NCBI RefSeq assembly: GCF_964204645.1 | Contig: NC_134034.1 | Coordinates: 10,986,962 to 11,050,961, forward strand | Direction: 5' to 3' | Source of the DNA: Tubulanus polymorphus | Lineage: Eukaryota; Animalia; Nemertea | DNA length: 64,000 bases | Shown here: one piece after another, positions 53,200 to 64,000 of the stretch | Layout of the letters: every line of letters starts with the position of its first letter | How positions within the stretch are numbered: the first letter of the stretch is position 1 | The notes under the pieces: model-generated | Told to the model about the DNA's origin: nothing | Database searches by the model: none | The model's input: the letters and a program-made list of their open reading frames with translations, nothing else | Program-made: the position numbers and the translations under genes

Positions 53200-53906
53200 G
53201 TAATTAGTCATATCGTTAATTAAGCTGTTTCAGTCGTAGGTTCATCGTGTATTCAACTCCCGATCTGAGTAATTCTCGGCCTTGGGGAGAGTTTTGGATT
53301 CTCAGAAATAACGTCACGCTTCAGCGAGCAAGTTCACCCTCGCTCGACCACCACCCACCGACGACTTCTCTCTCCCCCTTCCTCGGCAGGGATTCGAACC
53401 TCATAGCATCGCGACTGCCGCGGTAGCACCGGTGATCTATGGTCAAAAGTGGTTGAAAACTGACACGACCGAAAAAACTCCGGGAATCAGAAGAATCTAG
53501 AAAGAATCAGGAATATGACAAATTCTACTAAACTTATATGCTTTATCGACCACACGTTTTTATCACTGTTAATTGATTCATAGTAGAAAATGGATGAATT
53601 GAATTTTAAACCTTGAAATTTATCTGATTCATTCGGGCGGGGAATTTTGTCAGTGACTGTTTAATCACATCGAAGAATCATGGAAAACTCCGAAAATGGC
53701 GCAACCCTTTAGAAAATAACTAATATCTTTTAACTACTGATATTTCCACCTTTTTTTAGCCAGAATGGCCACGCCGACCCCACATTCTGGAGCCTCCCTG
53801 AAAACGCTATCGCCTATAAATCACTCATCTTCAATATCGTCTTGTCTTTCAGAAGAAGTTCAAATCTTGCGAACGAATTTAATCGAAACCGGATAAAAAC
53901 AGATAA

Positions 53907-54353
<447 letters not shown>

Positions 54354-56269
54354 TCGCGCGGCCGGTTTTTTTTCTTTCCCGACGGCCGGACGAACGCATT
54401 CGACGCGTTAGATAAAGTAGACTGCACTGATTGCCTTGGAGTCGAACGAGAGTACAATCAACCTCCGATATACCCCGGCGTCGGTAGATTTAGGATTTTT
54501 GGCTGGTATATCGGCGGTTCATTATCGACTTGTTGCAAAAATGATTAAACGCCGAATGTTTTCTTCTCGAGAAAGAACCTGGTGTTCGGCAGGGGTGTGT
54601 ATTTGGGCGTTGACTGTATATCGTAACTTTTCCTGCTCTTTATTCACGCGAACCAGCGTTGTCGCGTGCTGCTCAGTTACTCGCGGATCCAAACAACTCA
54701 GTTATAAACCTCGTCACTCCTCGTCAGGGCTACCTCTAGTGAGAGGACCCAAGAGGCTGGAACCCTCGGCTTTACCTCCGAAGGCTCACGACTCGGTCCC
54801 GATGAAACTTATTTAGAATCTAGAATTTATATCTAATTCAAAATCTAATTTCGCCGATATACCGGATCAACGACCTTCCTTTCGCGCTGAAATCACTACA
54901 AACACGCCACCTATCGGTCGAACATAACACTAAGGCAGTTAACGACGGCTGAGTAACGCGAAGTGAAGACAACGAATTAAGCAGCGGTTTTTTCAACGGA
55001 CGTTTTTTGAAAACCACGACATTTCTACGACCAGAAATGAAACAAATAACCTTCGGACGCGAATTTTTTTTCTACAATGTATAAATTAGGGCGAGTTTAA
55101 ACAGCATTGTGTTGTGGCATTATTCTAATATTTCAAAATCTAAAATTGTTTATCAAATAAATGTGTGTGTGTGTAGAGGGAGTATACCTGTATTTTTTTT
55201 TCTCCGGAGAAAATGCCGATATTTGGTGTTTAGGTAACTAGTCGAGTTTGTCTAACCGCATTATTCTCAATACTAACCTTTCGAAGATGCTTATACAGTA
55301 TCCGTAACTTTCTACTTTAATTTTGAAATTCTCTTCGAAACTTGCGTTTTGTATTTTTATCTTATTCTCTTGAAGCAGCTGCAGCTGCAGAAGGCATCGG
55401 AAACCGGTTTCACTGTTACTCGATTTTCAAATTCGCTACTCGTTACTCGCAGTTTTCAATAAACGAGTAACAATCGAAATCGTAACACCCGCAGGCCCTG
55501 GATTTATTCGTAAAGATCCCCCTATGACATCACTAACTACCTAACGGTGATGTCATAAGGGGAGTTATGGAGGCAGCCATCTTTTCTGCGGGTAAAGTTT
55601 CATCACTGATGCAGGATTTTCAGCGTGGAATTTATTGCTTTGTTTTTAAATTGTATTAATTGTGTATAGTACAATAATAAAGTGTCTACTATATTTCACT
55701 AAATAAGTTACTTTCTTAGTTATTTGATAAATATCTCGAGCTACCGGTAATCAGCGGGCCGTCATTCAGTATACTGCAATGAAATTTGCGATCAGTTCAT
55801 TTCTATAACTCTGGTTTCTGTTACTGTTAGCTTGATCACGTAATGTGTAGGCTGGATAGGTGGCCAGCCGAGTCAACTTTTCAGCTTGGCAGAAATGAGA
55901 AACTGGGCATCAATCTTTATTGGCCTTATTACTTTGGACAAACTTCAGTACGCCATGCAGCTGCCAGTACCCTATACCACAATTTGCGGTTCTGTCTCCA
56001 GTCGGACTGTCTGCGTCTGCTGTCTTAACTAGGTCCCTGCAGTTGTTAAAGAAAATGCTGTTAAAGGAGCTTGAAATTTGAGCAATATGCCCACAAGACT
56101 GGTTCAATTCTTAGAAATAGGCAATTAGAAATGTTTTTATGGACTATGGCTGAATTAATACAGTTGGGACCAGGATTTATGTTCACCCAATTGGGCAGTT
56201 ACAGAATTAGAAACATAGTCTGGGAGCATTGAGGAAAAAAATATACTACCAAGTCTACTGTAATTGAGA

Positions 56270-56545
56270 AGTGAGGGTAGGTACGGACAGCAGATTATCT
56301 GAGGGGGTAGGTACGGACGGCAGATTATCTGAGGAGGTAGGTATGGACAGCTGTGGTATTATCTGAGGGGGTAGGTATGGACAGCTGTGGTATTATCTGA
56401 GGGGGTAGGTATGGACAGCTGTGGTATTATCAGCGGAGGTAGGTATGGACAGCTGTGGTATTATCTGAGGGGGTAGGTATGGACGGCAGATTATCTGAGG
56501 GGGTAGGTATGGACAGCTGTGGTATTATCTGAGGGGGTAGGTACA
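56270..56545. repeat. ~33-bp tandem repeat (GGGGTAGGTATGGACAGCTGTGGTATTATCTGA)n
   Basis: Visible tandem copies. Confidence 0.9.
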
Positions 56546-56791
56546 GATTGATAGCTAAACAAGGACAATAGAAATATCAGGCAACAACGACAAATTTTCA
56601 GTTTTTATATTAAAACAGTTTATTTAACAGTTATTTAAACAACAGATTTTCCCAGGAACTGAGTGCATTACACAGCAGTCTTAAAGCAGTCAAGCCTTAG
56701 TCAGCGTTAGGGACCGAGATGAAATACCACTGATCTTTGATTGAAGTCGAAGACTGTATCACAATCATACGCGATTTATTAATTATTTTAA

Positions 56792-57072
56792 CCCTTTCAG
56801 TTTGTCGATTAATATGTGGAAGTGCAGAAGATAATTTTAAAATTCTAAAACCATTCCCCAGTGTGTTGCATAACTGGCACACCGCTATAGTGCGTCTACT
56901 CCGCGGTGCGGTGTATCGTTAGTTACTAATATTTCACTACGTTTGACAGGTGTTGCCATCTTTTAATAGAGATAAAAACTAATTATAACATCAATACACC
57001 GCGATGCAGTGTACTAACAAAGTCCATCACCGATTTATACTCCGCACTGCGGTGAAGACGTACTGAAAGGGG
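56792..57072. mobile_element. piggyBac-like MITE copy; another truncated left end at 62050
   Basis: TTAA|CCCTTTCAGT...ACTGAAAGGGG|TTAA. Confidence 0.8.
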
Positions 57073-57345
57073 TTAATAATTTTAGTTGGATAGCTATGAT
57101 TTTGTTTTACGTAGGTCAACACTTTGTGAATTAATTACTGGTATTGTTTTTTCAGTGCAGGCCGACATGTTTACTGGGATACTGAATAAAATACACCCCC
57201 CTCAGGAGAGCAATCATCATCATCATTATATTATCATAATTATTATCATTAATTAGCGTAGAAAATGAGATTTTTCTTTCGGTATGAAATTTCTTCTAAT
57301 ATTTTTACATAATAAATTCATCAATTTAATACAAATATTCATTTA

Positions 57346-62972
<5,627 letters not shown>

Positions 62973-63085
62973 CTGATAATACGTATCAAAAGAGTCTTTA
63001 CTTAACGTTTTTGCTCCGATATATAATTCGTTCTAAAATAAGTCTATATTACACAAGTAAGATTACAAACTTATACATGTCATAT

Positions 63086-63369
63086 GAGGAGCGGTGTGGC
63101 CGAGTGGTTAGCCAGGTCGTTGGTTCGAACCCCGTACATGGCAAGACACTTATCCTCATTGCCTCTCTCCACCCAGGAGTAAATGGGTACCCGGTCTAAT
63201 AGATGACTCCTGAGCGCCTAGCAGCTGCTCGGATGTTACCTCTCCCCAGGGAGAGATGACTAATACATGGAATAGAGTTATAGGCTGGGGTAATAATACC
63301 AAGTTTGGAGCACATTCGAACAGACTCTAGTTTGGATACCTGCGCTATATAAATGTCAATTATTATCAT
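63086..63369 (+). mobile_element. tRNA-derived CORE-like SINE
   Basis: A box TGGCCGAGTGG at 63097, B box GGTTCGAACCC at 63122, core GGCAAGACACTTATCCTCATTGCCTCTCTCCACCCAGGAGTAAATGGGTACC, tail GCGCTATATAAATG..ATTATT. Confidence 0.75.
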
Positions 63370-64000
63370 ACCACATGCTACACGGCACATTTTAGACATA
63401 TTTTTACAGATGTGAAAAAAAAGACAAAAGATCTAAAAGTAGTCGACATGTTTCAAATTGGATGAGTCGAAGTCAAAAGTTAAACAGATAGCAGACAGGA
63501 AGTTAAATATGCTTTGTTGACACTGCACAAGGAAATGATGGTTTTATTGCGGTACACACAGTTAGGGTTTAAAGGCGAAAGATTAAAAAGTTGGCCCCGA
63601 AGGTGATCTGATATTTGATGATGTCATAGGGTGAATAATGGAGGCAGACACTAGACAATCTGATGATGTCAAAGGGTGATTTATGAGGGCAAACAGAACA
63701 CAACCTGATGATGTGAGGCAGACACTAGACAATCTGATGATGTCATAGGGTGATTTATGGGGCAAACAGAAGACAATCTGATGATGTCATAGCGATATTC
63801 ATGGATGACATTGTTTCTCCAGGACAGGTTCTAGAGGAGCGGCCACCTCTTTCATTTTTACATCCACCCCTCTAAAAATCAGCGACCTCTTATCTGCATT
63901 ATTGAGACAGACGCCTAAGACAATATTATGATGTCATAAGGGGAAACGAACCTTTGATGATGACGACGGTTCTCCGGATGTTTCCCCATTCGCTGTAGAT

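Noticed and set aside
54436-54816. 126-aa ORF downstream of UBE2D
   Set aside because: Non-ATG start, no recognisable motif, and it lies in the probable 3'UTR.
63086-63140. tRNA gene
   Set aside because: The A and B boxes are only ~14 nt apart, no cloverleaf forms, and the sequence continues into a SINE core.

Overview
Eukaryotic metazoan genomic DNA (invertebrate-like, not CpG-depleted, GT-AG introns, dense in MITEs and minisatellites); the species cannot be determined from sequence alone. The first ~24 kb has no convincing protein-coding exon and is dominated by minisatellites and short DNA-transposon derivatives. Five genes could be assembled by hand: a plexin-domain-containing protein (PLXDC1/2, TEM7-like; + strand, 24168-40667, first coding exon not found), two tandem sepiapterin reductase paralogs (- strand), an intronless-CDS UBE2D/Ubc4-type E2 (+ strand, head-to-head with SPR), and most of N-myristoyltransferase (- strand, 5' end not found). 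The most notable observations: (1) a cluster of duplicated, same-phase exons in PLXDC that look mutually exclusive; (2) two independent minisatellites built from an exon end plus its 5' splice site, creating arrays of decoy donors; (3) an SPR paralog whose changes are concentrated in substrate-pocket residues; (4) an inverted pair of minimal hammerhead-ribozyme-like motifs in an NMT intron; (5) a MULE-like MITE whose empty site survives in a nearby tandem duplicate. Family assignments come from recalled motifs, not database searches.
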